From Kiritimatiellia bacterium (lineage in GTDB: Bacteria; Verrucomicrobiota; Kiritimatiellia; CAIKKV01; CAITUY01): a DNA stretch of 64,000 bases. Shown piece by piece: positions 9,822-19,933 of this stretch. Both the position numbers and the translations under genes were made by a program. The notes beneath the pieces were generated by a model. That model had not been told where the DNA came from. It did not search any database and saw only the letters and a program-made list of their open reading frames with translations. Each line of letters starts with the position of its first letter. The stretch's first letter is position 1. Location of the stretch: NCBI GenBank assembly GCA_038330175.1, contig JBBQNS010000002.1, positions 13,566 through 77,565 of the forward strand, in the 5' to 3' direction.

Positions 9822-10835
9822 TTAATTTCTACTCTTATTTGTTGCGCTCACTATAATATCGGGGTGCCACTTTTGTAAAGTACCGATCCATAATTTCTTT
9901 ATAGAGGCCGACGCCAGGATCTGGCGCGCTTTAATCTCATCCTTACGAATCTGCTGTATCAGCACCTGGAGGTCTGGAAATTTCTTTTCATTACGAAGTT
10001 TCCTTAAAAAGAAAACCTCGATCTGGTGACCATAAAAATTTTGTTTAGTATCAAAAAGATGAACTTCAAGTAGAGGTATTTTGACAGGCGCAATGGTGGG
10101 GTGAAACCCAAAATTAACCATTCCCGGGAAGGCCGTCCCTTTAATAATGGCTTGGACCGCGTAAATGCCCGTGGGTGGGTGTGCTTCATTCACAGGATCA
10201 AGATTGGCTGTAGGATAGCCGATTTTATGCCCGATATGGTTGCCGTGCCGGACCGTTCCAAGAATACTGTAGGGACGGCCAAGCAGGGCGGTCGTTTCGG
10301 CTAATTTACCGGACATTACGGTGTTGCGGATTCGCGTGCTGGAAACGGGTTGGCCGCCCCGTTGCACGGCCTCAATCTGATGAATGGAAATGCCCTGGTG
10401 TCGGGAGGTCCAGTCGTTCAGCATTTGAAGATTGCCCATACCCTTGTGGCCAAAACGCCAGTCATGGCCCATGAATATGGCCGCAAGCGAAGGGATATCT
10501 CGCTCCAGATTTTTAAGGAATGCGGCGGCTTTAATCGCTGCAAACTTGCGATTAAAGGGGATGAGGAGGCAGCCATCGAGTCCAAAATGGTCTAAGAGAT
10601 GGAGTTTGTGCGGGGACGAGGTCAAGATGAGCGGTGCGGCCTTGGGGTTCAAGATCTTCAAGGGGTGGGGGTCAAACGTCATGGCCCAGGCTTCGCCCCC
10701 GATTTTACGGGCATGCGCGATGGTTTGGCGCAAGACATTTTGATGCCCCAGATGGACTCCATCAAAAAAGCCAACGGCCAGACAAATAGGGCGCTTGTGT
10801 TGGCGCAAGCCGGACATTTTGCGGACAACTTTCAT
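9822..10835 (-). CDS. ribF: Bifunctional riboflavin kinase / FAD synthetase
   Basis: [37 protein letters not shown] and LRNEKKF. Start set at ATG 10835 just after the truB stop. Confidence 0.96.
   Translation of the reverse strand: MKVVRKMSGLRQHKRPICLAVGFFDGVHLGHQNVLRQTIAHARKIGGEAWAMTFDPHPLKILNPKAAPLILTSSPHKLHLLDHFGLDGCLLIPFNRKFAAIKAAAFLKNLERDIPSLAAIFMGHDWRFGHKGMGNLQMLNDWTSRHQGISIHQIEAVQRGGQPVSSTRIRNTVMSGKLAETTALLGRPYSILGTVRHGNHIGHKIGYPTANLDPVNEAHPPTGIYAVQAIIKGTAFPGMVNFGFHPTIAPVKIPLLEVHLFDTKQNFYGHQIEVFFLRKLRNEKKFPDLQVLIQQIRKDEIKARQILASASIKKLWIGTLQKWHPDIIVSATNKSRN
9850..9879 (-). promoter_or_regulatory. Putative sigma70 promoter for rpsO inside the 3' tail of ribF
   Basis: Minus strand TTTACA-N18-TATAGT, about 60 nt upstream of the rpsO start. 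Confidence 0.45.
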
Positions 10836-10836
10836 T

Positions 10837-11562
10837 TCAGGCGTCCTGAATAACACCCCCCAGTGTATGAAGAGGAAGCACCACATTCAGCAGGTCTACC
10901 TGGTGCATGGATAATAATTTATCCATCGTAATGGCTTGGGCCACCTGGTAACCCGCTGTTTCGGTCCGGCGAAGCTGTGAAAGATGTGCGCCAACGCCCA
11001 GAGCTTCTCCAATATCGTGGCAGAGGGTTCGAACATAGGTTCCCTTGGTGCATCGGAGCACAAAGGTCCCGGAGGGAGGTGTGAAGGTTAATAAACGGAA
11101 TTCATAGAGATGGATAAAGCGGGGCTTACGTTCGATTTCCTCGCCTTGTCGGGCGAGCTTATAAAGAGGAACACCCGCCATTTTGATTGCCGACACCATG
11201 GGCGGGATTTGGAACATATCACCTTTAAATTTCGCTAGGGTCTCTTCGAGCTGGGCCTGGCTGATGCCGGAAGGGTCGGCTTCCTTTAAGATCTTTCCTT
11301 CCGCATCTTGCGAGTCGGTGGTAATGCCCAGCGTGATGGTTCCCTCGTAGGTTTTGTCGGATGACATAAACCGGCTGGAAACTCGTGTACCCCGTCCTAG
11401 CAGAATGACCAGTAGTCCGGTGGCGGCGGGATCAAGGGTTCCCCCATGACCAACTTTTTTCAGGTTGAAATGGCGGCGAATTTTATGCACGACATCGTGG
11501 GAGGTCGGCCCTGCGGGCTTGTCCACCAGCAATATTCCGTCAAAGGGGTCAGTACCTTTCAT
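10837..11562 (-). CDS. truB: tRNA pseudouridine(55) synthase
   Basis: DKPAGPTSHD, KVGHGGTLDP (catalytic Asp), QIPPMVSAIK and KGTYVRTLCHDIG. Confidence 0.97.
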   Translation of the reverse strand: MKGTDPFDGILLVDKPAGPTSHDVVHKIRRHFNLKKVGHGGTLDPAATGLLVILLGRGTRVSSRFMSSDKTYEGTITLGITTDSQDAEGKILKEADPSGISQAQLEETLAKFKGDMFQIPPMVSAIKMAGVPLYKLARQGEEIERKPRFIHLYEFRLLTFTPPSGTFVLRCTKGTYVRTLCHDIGEALGVGAHLSQLRRTETAGYQVAQAITMDKLLSMHQVDLLNVVLPLHTLGGVIQDA

Positions 11563-11975
11563 GTCAAATCCGTGGTATCCGGATCTTCCGGGACGTTGGG
11601 AGCATCAGCCGCTTCCTCAGAGGCGGCGGGTGTGGGGATTTTGGACAAGATATCGAGTACACGGTCACCCTGCTCGATGGACGTATCCATCACAAACGTC
11701 AGGCGCGGGGTGTATTTAAGGATCACCGCTTTGGCGACCTCGGCTTGGAGGTCCGCGTGCAGATGCTGAAGTTGTCTCAACATCTTATGTCGCTCGTTTT
11801 CATGCCCTCGAATCGAGACCAGAACACGGGCGTCATGCAGATCGGGGCTGACAATGACGTGGGTCACGGTCATTGCCGACATGTCGAACGTCGTTTGGTC
11901 AATAAGCCGGTATAAAACCTGGCTAATTTCGCGTCGAAGCAATTCGTTGATTCTGATCAGCCGGTCGGTCTTCAT
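11559..11975 (-). CDS. rbfA: Ribosome-binding factor A
   Basis: RINELLRREIS, TVTHVIVSPDL and KYTPRLTFVMDTSIE. Directly downstream of infB. Confidence 0.95.
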   Translation of the reverse strand: MKTDRLIRINELLRREISQVLYRLIDQTTFDMSAMTVTHVIVSPDLHDARVLVSIRGHENERHKMLRQLQHLHADLQAEVAKAVILKYTPRLTFVMDTSIEQGDRVLDILSKIPTPAASEEAADAPNVPEDPDTTDLT

Positions 11976-11992
11976 AATTCGCTTACCCCGGG

Positions 11993-14122
11993 CTACAGGG
12001 TTTGGGCGATGCGCTCAACTTCATAGAATTCGAGCACGTCGCCTTCGGCAAAGGCCGTAAAGTTATCTAGCCGGATACCGCATTCTTGGCCTTCCTTGAC
12101 TTCACCGACATCGTTTTGGAAGCGCCGTAACGAGTTGATACTGCCTTCAAAGAGAACCGTACCCTTACGTTTGACGCGAACTTTGAAGCGCGACGTGATA
12201 CGCCCGCTCATGCACATACAGCCAGCGATAACGCCGCCCTTGGACATCGAGAAGACCTGCTTGACTTCGGCTTGCCCCATCATTTTTTCGCGCAGAATCG
12301 GGCTCAACAGGCCCGCCATGGCTTCGCTAACTTGGTCGATCAATTCGTAAATGATGCTATGGAGGCGGACTTCAACACCTTCTTTTTTAGCAAGCCGACT
12401 GGCGTTTTCATCCATGGACACGTGGAAGCCCACGATGATCGCGTCACAGGCGGCCGCCAATAGAATGTCATTGGCCGAGATGGTACCCACCCCGCCCAAA
12501 ATCGTGTGGATTGAGACCTTGTCGCTATTGATTTGTTTAAGCGCGAAATCAATGGCTTCGAGAGATCCTTGTACGTCTGACTTGATCAACAGCTTGATTT
12601 CAAGCCGCTCACTATTCTCTTTTAACTGGTCGAAGAGGGTGGAGAGCGAGGCACGTTTAGGCGCCGTCAGTTGGACAAGTTTATTTTGTGCCTGACAGGC
12701 TTCGGCGGCTGCACGGGCGGCACGGTCAGTAGCAATAATCTCGAACGCCGCACCTGCATCCGGTACGCCGGACAACCCCAAACATTTAGCAGGAGTGGAG
12801 GCATCGGCTGATTTGATTTTGACCCCGTGGTCATTGATCAGCGCACGAACTCGACCCCAATGAGGCCCACATAGGATCACGTCGCCCACGTTCAGGGTTC
12901 CATTGGTAACCAGAAGATTGGCGGTGGGGCCCATTCCTGCTTCCAATTGGGATTCAATGACAAACCCTTTGGCAGGTTGGTTGGGATTGGTTTTAAGCTC
13001 CATGACTTCCGCTTGAAGCAGGATCATTTCGAGCAATTCAGGAACGCCGGCGCCCGTCATGGCGCTGACGGGGCACACGATGGTTTTTCCGCCCCAATCT
13101 TCGGGCGTCATATTCATGCCCGCCAATTGCTTTTTGACTCTGTCGGGGTTGGCTGCGGGAAGATCCATTTTGTTCATGGCCACGATGATAGGAACATCAG
13201 CCGCTTGCGCATGCTTAATGGCTTCCAGGGTTTGGGGCATGAGTCCGTCACCGGCATCAACGACGATAATGGCGATATCCGTCATGTTGGCGCCGCGGGC
13301 ACGCATGGCGCTAAATGCGGCATGTCCCGGGGTATCAAGGAACGTGATGCTTTTTTCGCCGACTTGCACGGTAGAAGCCCCGATATGTTGGGTGATTCCG
13401 CCCGACTCACCTTTAGCAACGACCGTATTACGGATCCGGTCGAGCAATGAGGTTTTACCATGGTCAACATGGCCCAACACGGTGACAACGGGCGGACGAT
13501 GGGTCTTGACGATCGCCTTGATCTGCTGGATCACTTCCGCTTCGGTTTCTTTTTTAACCAGAGGCTTGTGTTCAACTTTTTTCTCGCGCTCCACCGTAAA
13601 GCCATGCTTTTCGGCAATGCGAGCGGCATCCTTAATGTCAATTTGTTCGTTAATTGAGGCCAGAACATTCAGGCGCATCAATTCGGCAATTAATTGGTTG
13701 GGGCGGACGCCTAAAAACCCGGCCAAATCACGGACAACAATGGGGCCCTTTAAAATAATGACCTTACTGCCTTCCGTAGGGGCTTCTACCGCTATCGGGG
13801 CAGGGGCCGGAACGGGAGTCGCTTTCACAGGGCTCGGGGCGGCGGGCTTTTCGGTGGGTGCCGTCGTTGCCGGTTTGGGCGCAACTTCCCGAGCAGCAAT
13901 AGGTTCCGCTTTCGGAGCGGGCATGCTGGGCGCGGGAGCGACTGGAGCCGATGCCGTGACAGGGGTGGTGGCGGCAGGCTTAACAGAAGCCTTGATTTTG
14001 GCCACCGATTCCTCATCTAAGGTGCTCATGTGGTTCTTGGGCTGAAAGCCCATGGCGGTCAATTGATCCAACAGGTCTTTACTGTGGATTCCTAATTCTT
14101 TGGCTAATTCATGGACTCTCAT
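11993..14122 (-). CDS. infB: Translation initiation factor IF-2
   Basis: [11 protein letters not shown]-domain, Pro/Ala linker, [32 protein letters not shown] and GQECGI. Confidence 0.98.
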   Translation of the reverse strand: MRVHELAKELGIHSKDLLDQLTAMGFQPKNHMSTLDEESVAKIKASVKPAATTPVTASAPVAPAPSMPAPKAEPIAAREVAPKPATTAPTEKPAAPSPVKATPVPAPAPIAVEAPTEGSKVIILKGPIVVRDLAGFLGVRPNQLIAELMRLNVLASINEQIDIKDAARIAEKHGFTVEREKKVEHKPLVKKETEAEVIQQIKAIVKTHRPPVVTVLGHVDHGKTSLLDRIRNTVVAKGESGGITQHIGASTVQVGEKSITFLDTPGHAAFSAMRARGANMTDIAIIVVDAGDGLMPQTLEAIKHAQAADVPIIVAMNKMDLPAANPDRVKKQLAGMNMTPEDWGGKTIVCPVSAMTGAGVPELLEMILLQAEVMELKTNPNQPAKGFVIESQLEAGMGPTANLLVTNGTLNVGDVILCGPHWGRVRALINDHGVKIKSADASTPAKCLGLSGVPDAGAAFEIIATDRAARAAAEACQAQNKLVQLTAPKRASLSTLFDQLKENSERLEIKLLIKSDVQGSLEAIDFALKQINSDKVSIHTILGGVGTISANDILLAAACDAIIVGFHVSMDENASRLAKKEGVEVRLHSIIYELIDQVSEAMAGLLSPILREKMMGQAEVKQVFSMSKGGVIAGCMCMSGRITSRFKVRVKRKGTVLFEGSINSLRRFQNDVGEVKEGQECGIRLDNFTAFAEGDVLEFYEVERIAQTL

Positions 14123-14125
14123 TGG

Positions 14126-15397
14126 CTATTCGATGTTCTCCTGTACGGCGGGCTGTGCAGCGGCCGCGGCCTCGTATATGGTTTGGGCTGTTGCCTGGTC
14201 GAATTCGCCCGTTGATTCAAGATCGGCTACTTCCGCAGCCAGTATCCCCTCAATATTTAGGAACCCGGCCTGAACCAGTTTTTCTGCATTGGCTCGTCCA
14301 ATGCCTGGGATGGCTGCCAGATCGCACACGGCTTTGGCCACTTTTTCTTCAAATGAAATGTTCCCCTCATCCTTTTGGACGTCAATTTTCCAGCCGGTCA
14401 GCTTAGAGGAGAGCCGGACATTCTGCCCGCGCTTGCCAATGGCTAGTGAAAGTTGATCCGCCTCGGTTGTCACATGGATGACGCGCGGTTTATCGGGATC
14501 AAGCTCAACTTTCGACAACTTAGCCGGTGAGAGGGCATTGGTAACATAGGTTTTGATGTCATCACTCCAGCGGACGATATCGATTTTCTCGCCGGAAAGC
14601 TCGCGGACGATATTTTTGACGCGAACTCCGCGCATACCGACGCAGGCTCCTACAGGATCGACCTTAGAGTCACGGGACACGACGGCAATTTTGGTCCGAA
14701 AACCAGCTTCGCGGGCAATTCCCTTGATTTCCACCGTGTTATCTGCAATTTCGGCTACTTCGAGCTGGAATAACCGCCGCAAAAAGTCGGGGTGGCTACG
14801 TGAGAGCATGATGCTCGGACCAGAGGCGTTATCCTGAACGGACAGCACTAAGGCACGAACTTGGTCGCCCATCTGGTACATTTCGGTCGAAATGCGCTCT
14901 TTGGCTGAGAGAATGGCCTCGGCACGACCCAGATCGACCACAATGTCATTCCGCTCAAAGCGGCGAATGGTTCCACTTACGATATCACTCACCCGATCGC
15001 GATATTCTTCGAACACAATATTGCGTTCAGCCTGGCGAATTTTCTGAAGAATAGCTTGTTTGGCGGTTTGGGCGGCAATACGACCAAAATTTTTCGGAGT
15101 GATCTCGATTTCGACGCTGTCTCCCAATTGAGCGTCCGGCTTGACCCGGCGGGCGCCAGCGAGTTTAATTTCATCGTGAGGATTATCAACTTTTTCAACG
15201 ACGAGAACGGTAGCGAAAGCCTTGATATCACAGGTCTTACGATCCATGTGGATGCGTACATTTTTGGCGGGCCCAACGCTTTTTCGCGAGGCCGTCAACA
15301 AGGCACTCTCAACAGTGAGAAATAGAGTCTCACGGTCAATGCCACGTTCTTTTTCAAGGTAACTTAATACCGATGATAATTCACCATTCATAGTCAC
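14126..15397 (-). CDS. nusA: Transcription termination/antitermination factor NusA
   Basis: FGRIAAQTAKQ, S1 domain, AREAGFRTKIAV, DPVGACVGMRG, LSLAIGKRGQNVRL and an HhH tail. Start could be 15391. Confidence 0.98.
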   Translation of the reverse strand: MTMNGELSSVLSYLEKERGIDRETLFLTVESALLTASRKSVGPAKNVRIHMDRKTCDIKAFATVLVVEKVDNPHDEIKLAGARRVKPDAQLGDSVEIEITPKNFGRIAAQTAKQAILQKIRQAERNIVFEEYRDRVSDIVSGTIRRFERNDIVVDLGRAEAILSAKERISTEMYQMGDQVRALVLSVQDNASGPSIMLSRSHPDFLRRLFQLEVAEIADNTVEIKGIAREAGFRTKIAVVSRDSKVDPVGACVGMRGVRVKNIVRELSGEKIDIVRWSDDIKTYVTNALSPAKLSKVELDPDKPRVIHVTTEADQLSLAIGKRGQNVRLSSKLTGWKIDVQKDEGNISFEEKVAKAVCDLAAIPGIGRANAEKLVQAGFLNIEGILAAEVADLESTGEFDQATAQTIYEAAAAAQPAVQENIE

Positions 15398-15431
15398 ACC
15401 TCACCACAGACTTAACGACCCACCAATACAT

Positions 15432-15456
15432 AAAAGAGTGGGACATGCCCACTCTT
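15432..15456 (-). promoter_or_regulatory. rimP-leader-like terminator hairpin in the nusA 5' UTR
   Basis: Minus strand AAGAGTGGG-catgt-CCCACTCTT-TT lies between the promoter and the nusA start. The GGG..CCC apex resembles the rimP leader. Confidence 0.7.
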
Positions 15457-15486
15457 CGCATAATACCCTTTTCAACAAGCCAGTGG

Positions 15487-15515
15487 AATATAGACCGAGC
15501 TACTGCCTAGGTCAA
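15487..15515 (-). promoter_or_regulatory. sigma70 promoter of the nusA-infB operon
   Basis: Minus strand TTGACC-N17-TATATT. Confidence 0.75.
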
Positions 15516-15568
15516 GCGTTTTACAAACACCCTTCGCATTATGGCTATCCGAAAAGGCCTACAGAGAA

Positions 15569-15600
15569 ATAAAAAGGCCGGGGTTTGAACCCCGGCCTCT
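15569..15600 (-). terminator. Intrinsic terminator of the RRM gene
   Basis: Minus strand aggccggggt-tcaa-accccggcct followed by ttttatt. Confidence 0.88.
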
Positions 15601-15624
15601 TAAAAGATCAACGATACTGGTAAA

Positions 15625-15936
15625 TTACCAGCGGCGTTCGCGGCTCTCGAAGCCACCATCGCGGCCACCACCACCACCACCACCACCACCTTCGGCGCGG
15701 GGACGGGCTTCATTTACCTTCATTTTGCGACCGCCCGCATCCTTGTCGTTCAAGGAATCAATGGCGTTCTGGGCAGCAGCGCTATCAGGCATGACGACGA
15801 AGCCAAACCCTTTGGAACGACCGGTTTCGCGATCCTGAATGATGTTGACGGATTCCACAACCCCGTACTGTTCGAACTGGGCTTTGAGATCATCCTGAGT
15901 CGTTTGATAAGGCAGATTTCCAACGTAAATATTCAC
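15625..15936 (-). CDS. RRM-domain RNA-binding protein with a Gly-rich tail
   Basis: RNP2 IYVGNL, RNP1 KGFGFV, DRETGRS, VNEARPR and a Gly9 tail. GTG start at 15936 with GGAG upstream. Confidence 0.93.
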   Translation of the reverse strand: MNIYVGNLPYQTTQDDLKAQFEQYGVVESVNIIQDRETGRSKGFGFVVMPDSAAAQNAIDSLNDKDAGGRKMKVNEARPRAEGGGGGGGGGRDGGFESRERRW

Positions 15937-16181
15937 TTTTCTATACTCCAAAAATAAAAAAACTATTTCAAAAACACTTCTAAAACAAAAACCAATCTAC
16001 AAAAAAACTCTATATTCGGTCACCTGCCTGCCCGTTCACCTCCGTAAATCACCAGACCGCATATCGGCCCACAGCTCGGGAAGGTATAGCATTGCCCTTA
16101 GGCCTGCAACATAAATTAACGGAAATTGCCAGGAACTAAAAAATCTGGACATGCCGGGTTCCTCCAAGCAGGATATCGGGC

Positions 16182-17360
16182 ATGCGAGCGACGGAAACAT
16201 GGATCGATGAAGCGCTGGGTGCCCTGCGGGCAGGGGGCTTGGAGCGTGCTTTGGTCGCCTACCCGCGCACGGGGGGTGACATCCGGTTTGGAGAACGTAC
16301 CCTTTTGAATTTCTCGAGTAATGATTATCTCGGACTGGCTCGGAACCCGCTGGTCCTTTCGGCTATAAAGGAAGCCGTTCAATGTTATGGAGCCGGGGCG
16401 ACGGCCTCACGGCTGGTGACGGGTACTCTGACGTGCCATGAGGAGCTTGAACAACAGTTAGCAAAGCTGAAAGGCTACCCCGCTGCGCTGGTGTTCGGTA
16501 GCGGGTATGCCGCCAATGTGGGGATCATTAGCGCCTTGATGGGGAGAGAGGACCATATTTTCATTGATCGTCTGGCGCATGCAAGCCTGGTGGATGCAGC
16601 TGTTCTGAGTCGGGCCAAGGTTCATCGATTCCATCATAATGACCCTGCCGATTTTCGACGTGCAGCCCAACGGTGTCCTGCAGGAGGCAAGCGGTTGATG
16701 GTGACCGAGTCCGTCTTCAGCATGGACGGAGACCTTGCGCCTCTAACTGATCTTACGGGGGTGGCGGAAGAGAGTGGGGCCATGGTCCTTATCGATGAAG
16801 CGCATGCGACGGGTGTTTTTGGCCCAGCCGGCGCCGGCCTAGTGCGCCTGAGAGGACTGGAGGCGCAGGTCAACTGTTCAATGGGGACGTTGAGTAAGGC
16901 CTTGGGCGGATATGGCGGGTTTGTGGCCTGCTCCGCAGAGATGCGCCGTTGGCTGATTCATAAGGCGCGCTCTTTTATCTATTCCACGGCGTTGCCGCCC
17001 GCCATGATCGGAGCGGCGCAGGGTGCCTTGCAATGTTTGCATGAGAATCCCGGGATGGGGGGCCAGTTGCTCGAGCGGGCGACTTTATTCCGAACTCAGT
17101 TGCAGGAACTGGGTTTGGATACGGGTTCCTCTGAAAGCCAAATCATCCCGGTCATGGTGGGCGACAATGACCGCGCGGTCCGGCTGCATCGACGTTTGGT
17201 GGAGCGGGGCGTTTTAGCGGTGGCTATCCGGCCGCCAACGGTTCCTCAAGGAACGGCCCGACTACGGCTTTCGGTGACGCTCGAACATACCTCCGAAGTT
17301 TTAACTCGAGTGGCTGATACTATCGCCGAGGCGGCGAAAATTGAAGGGGTGAGCGCATGA
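16182..17360 (+). CDS. bioF: 8-amino-7-oxononanoate synthase
   Basis: NFSSNDYLGL, SGYAAN, HASLVD, ESVFSMDGD, DEAHATG, GTLSKALG (PLP Lys) and IRPPTVP. Adjacent to bioC. Confidence 0.93.
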   Translation: MRATETWIDEALGALRAGGLERALVAYPRTGGDIRFGERTLLNFSSNDYLGLARNPLVLSAIKEAVQCYGAGATASRLVTGTLTCHEELEQQLAKLKGYPAALVFGSGYAANVGIISALMGREDHIFIDRLAHASLVDAAVLSRAKVHRFHHNDPADFRRAAQRCPAGGKRLMVTESVFSMDGDLAPLTDLTGVAEESGAMVLIDEAHATGVFGPAGAGLVRLRGLEAQVNCSMGTLSKALGGYGGFVACSAEMRRWLIHKARSFIYSTALPPAMIGAAQGALQCLHENPGMGGQLLERATLFRTQLQELGLDTGSSESQIIPVMVGDNDRAVRLHRRLVERGVLAVAIRPPTVPQGTARLRLSVTLEHTSEVLTRVADTIAEAAKIEGVSA

Positions 17361-18139
17361 AGTCGGTCGCAAAACATTTTTCTCGCGCGGCACAGACATA
17401 CGAGCGGGGTGCCTCTTTGCACCGGCATGTGGCGGCGCGCCTGATTGAGACGCTCCCTGAACCGGGCGAGGTGGGAGCTGGTCGTATTCTTGAGGTCGGG
17501 TGTGGCTCCGGGGTTCTGACAGAGTTGTTGCGCCAACGTTATCCGGAAGCCTCCTTATGCGCGCTGGACATAGCGGAAGGGATGGTGGCCTCGGTCCGTG
17601 AGCGCTGGGCAAATGACCCGCGAATGGACTATGTGGTCGCTGATATTCGGGATTTTTCCGCTCCACATCCTTTTGAGCTGATCGTCAGTAGCTCGGCACT
17701 TCACTGGGCCACGCCTTTGGATCAAACTATGGAAAATTTAAAGCAACAGTTGGCCTCGGGTGGGCACTGTTGTGTGTCATTGATGATAGATGGCACGTTA
17801 AGTGAGCTCCATGCGATACGCCGCCGGGTTGCGCCGGGAAAAATCCCGAGTGGGCGGCTACCCTTGAGCGAGGAAGTCCTGGCAGCAGCAAACTCTTCCG
17901 GGTTTACTATTTTATCGAAAGAGGAGGAATGTATTCAAACCCGCTATCATTCGGCCGATGATTTTCTGGGTACTATCCATGCTCAAGGCTTGACGGGGGG
18001 AGCGGTGTCAAGAGCCTCGGCGTCACTGTCACGGGCGGAATTAAAACGGCTACGCCGGGAATACGACGTGGCCTGTCATGACCAGGGGGACGGGGTTTAC
18101 GCGACGTTTGTAGTTTTATATTTGCAGCTGGGCTCATGA
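17357..18139 (+). CDS. bioC: Malonyl-ACP O-methyltransferase (BioC-like SAM methyltransferase)
   Basis: FSRAAQTYE, ILEVGCGSG, SSSALHW and GTLSEL. ATGA overlap with bioF. Confidence 0.85.
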   Translation: MKSVAKHFSRAAQTYERGASLHRHVAARLIETLPEPGEVGAGRILEVGCGSGVLTELLRQRYPEASLCALDIAEGMVASVRERWANDPRMDYVVADIRDFSAPHPFELIVSSSALHWATPLDQTMENLKQQLASGGHCCVSLMIDGTLSELHAIRRRVAPGKIPSGRLPLSEEVLAAANSSGFTILSKEEECIQTRYHSADDFLGTIHAQGLTGGAVSRASASLSRAELKRLRREYDVACHDQGDGVYATFVVLYLQLGS

Positions 18140-19764
18140 ATACCTTTCGACTAATTTTTTTCGGAATGGCATTTACCTTCAGCGTTCTGCCTGTTTTGGG
18201 GATAGCGCGTCCTGCTTTGATGTTTATTAAGCCAACGGATTTACCTGATCTGGGTTTGCGTTTAAAATTGATGCCGGAGTCGCGGGAAGCTCCGCCTGCC
18301 TCTCCTCCTGTTTTCCTCTGCCAATTTACCCGTGGCGACCAAACCTGGAAAGAAGAACGTTTTTCCCCGCTCGACCTTTGGAAGCAAGGGCAATACGCCG
18401 GACAATGGGTGGGGCGGGATGGAAGTAAACTGCTTTTGGCCGTCATGTCACAACTGCCGCCGAGCGGGAGTCCCGCCCAACCCGTTACTCGTGCCCTGTA
18501 TGAGCAACAGACTTCTCTAGCGACCAATAGCACCCTTTTTTCTTCAGAATCCGATATAGCCCGCTGGGTTTCTTGTTTTTCAGACTATCCTCATCCGGTC
18601 GGGAAACGGGTAGATAAACAAGCCTCCAAAATTTCACCTGTTTATGTGTTCCGATTAGATAACCTTTCGCCCAACCGGGTAGCCTATGTGTTTCGGTTGG
18701 CTGCAGGTGCAGGGAAAAGTTTTCGTTACATTTGGATATGTGCCCAATTTGATCTCAACACGGATATTCTTATGGAGTCGGCCTGTGATATTATCGAGAA
18801 GGACTTTCTTGGCTCCATCTCCGCCACAACTCAGTCTCGGCCGGCACCCGCACGGGAAGCTTTGACTAAAGCCGGTGAGGAAGCCGCCGACGCCTCGGCT
18901 GATTTGAAAGTTGCTCAACAGCAGGTCATTAACAGTATCCGTAATTTGAAGGGATGGTGGTACGACGTCACTCCCAATTATATCATTTTGTCGAATTTGA
19001 AAAGTGGCTCCGATTCATTTGTCGAGCAACTCAAGATCTCTTTGAAATTAATACGATCTGCCTACCGCCAATGCATACCGGAATCACTGAACGCGGGTAT
19101 CGGAGTGATTCGGATTCCGGCGACACGGCAGGAGTATTGTGAATATGTGGGGGAAGATAGTCGGTGGACTTCCGGTCTTTGGGTGCCACGGCGCAAAGAG
19201 TTGGTCCTTTGTCCGGCGGATAATCAGAGTGTTCGCGGGAAGCGTCAATCCCTGTTGCACACCGCATTTCATGAAGGCTTTCATCAATACGCCTATTATG
19301 CCTTCGGCCAGGCGAATCCCTCGATGTGGTTTAATGAAGGCTATGCACAGTTTTTCGAGAATGCAGTTGTGGCTAATGGGCGGATAAGCATTGAAGAATC
19401 GCCCCGAGCACTGGCTCTTGTCACCTCTACGCGGTCTGGTTCAGAGATGGATCTGCGTCGACTCCTAAGCCTCAGTTGGCAGGAATTTTATGATTCTGAC
19501 GATAAAATCCGAACTCGGAATTACGCCTTTTCATGGGCTTTTGTTTATTATCTAAAAAAAGACGCTTCCTCTCCGTTCACTGAGCTACTTGATCGATATG
19601 TTGCGGCCTTCCAGAGCAACGGAGGTAATGGCGAGAAGGCCACGGAAAGCATGCTGGCGGGTGTGGATCTGAAACGGCTGCAACTTGATTTTGAACGGTT
19701 CTGGCAATCCAACTCGCGGCAAGCCGCTGCCCGGCGATACAATCCTTTTGATTCGCGCCAGTGA
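18136..19764 (+). CDS. Exported protein with a DUF1570-like / gluzincin metallopeptidase motif
   Basis: N-terminal signal peptide, HEGFHQY...PSMWFNEGYAQFFE and YAFSWAFVYYL. ATGA overlap with bioC. Confidence 0.7.
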   Translation: MNTFRLIFFGMAFTFSVLPVLGIARPALMFIKPTDLPDLGLRLKLMPESREAPPASPPVFLCQFTRGDQTWKEERFSPLDLWKQGQYAGQWVGRDGSKLLLAVMSQLPPSGSPAQPVTRALYEQQTSLATNSTLFSSESDIARWVSCFSDYPHPVGKRVDKQASKISPVYVFRLDNLSPNRVAYVFRLAAGAGKSFRYIWICAQFDLNTDILMESACDIIEKDFLGSISATTQSRPAPAREALTKAGEEAADASADLKVAQQQVINSIRNLKGWWYDVTPNYIILSNLKSGSDSFVEQLKISLKLIRSAYRQCIPESLNAGIGVIRIPATRQEYCEYVGEDSRWTSGLWVPRRKELVLCPADNQSVRGKRQSLLHTAFHEGFHQYAYYAFGQANPSMWFNEGYAQFFENAVVANGRISIEESPRALALVTSTRSGSEMDLRRLLSLSWQEFYDSDDKIRTRNYAFSWAFVYYLKKDASSPFTELLDRYVAAFQSNGGNGEKATESMLAGVDLKRLQLDFERFWQSNSRQAAARRYNPFDSRQ

Positions 19765-19933
19765 AAATCCGCGAACCCAGATTCTCTCAGGGCTCATTCA
19801 TAGCCAGTTGTAAGTCGCTGGTAAGATATTTCATGGTCTTGCCTTCCAGTTCCGTAATTCGTAATATTTGTCCTTGTTTTACCATCACCTAAATTTTTTT
19901 GATGAGGAATCGTAACGTAGTCAGTAGCGAAAA

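Noticed and set aside
13059-14045. 328-aa plus-strand ORF
   Set aside because: Antisense shadow of infB with no recognisable motifs.
15398-15625. tRNA-Met or rimP upstream of nusA
   Set aside because: No cloverleaf or T-loop and no suitable ORF. The space holds a promoter, a leader hairpin and a terminator.
15665-15690. (CCA)8 microsatellite as a contingency locus
   Set aside because: It is an in-frame triplet encoding the ordinary Gly-rich tail of an RRM protein.
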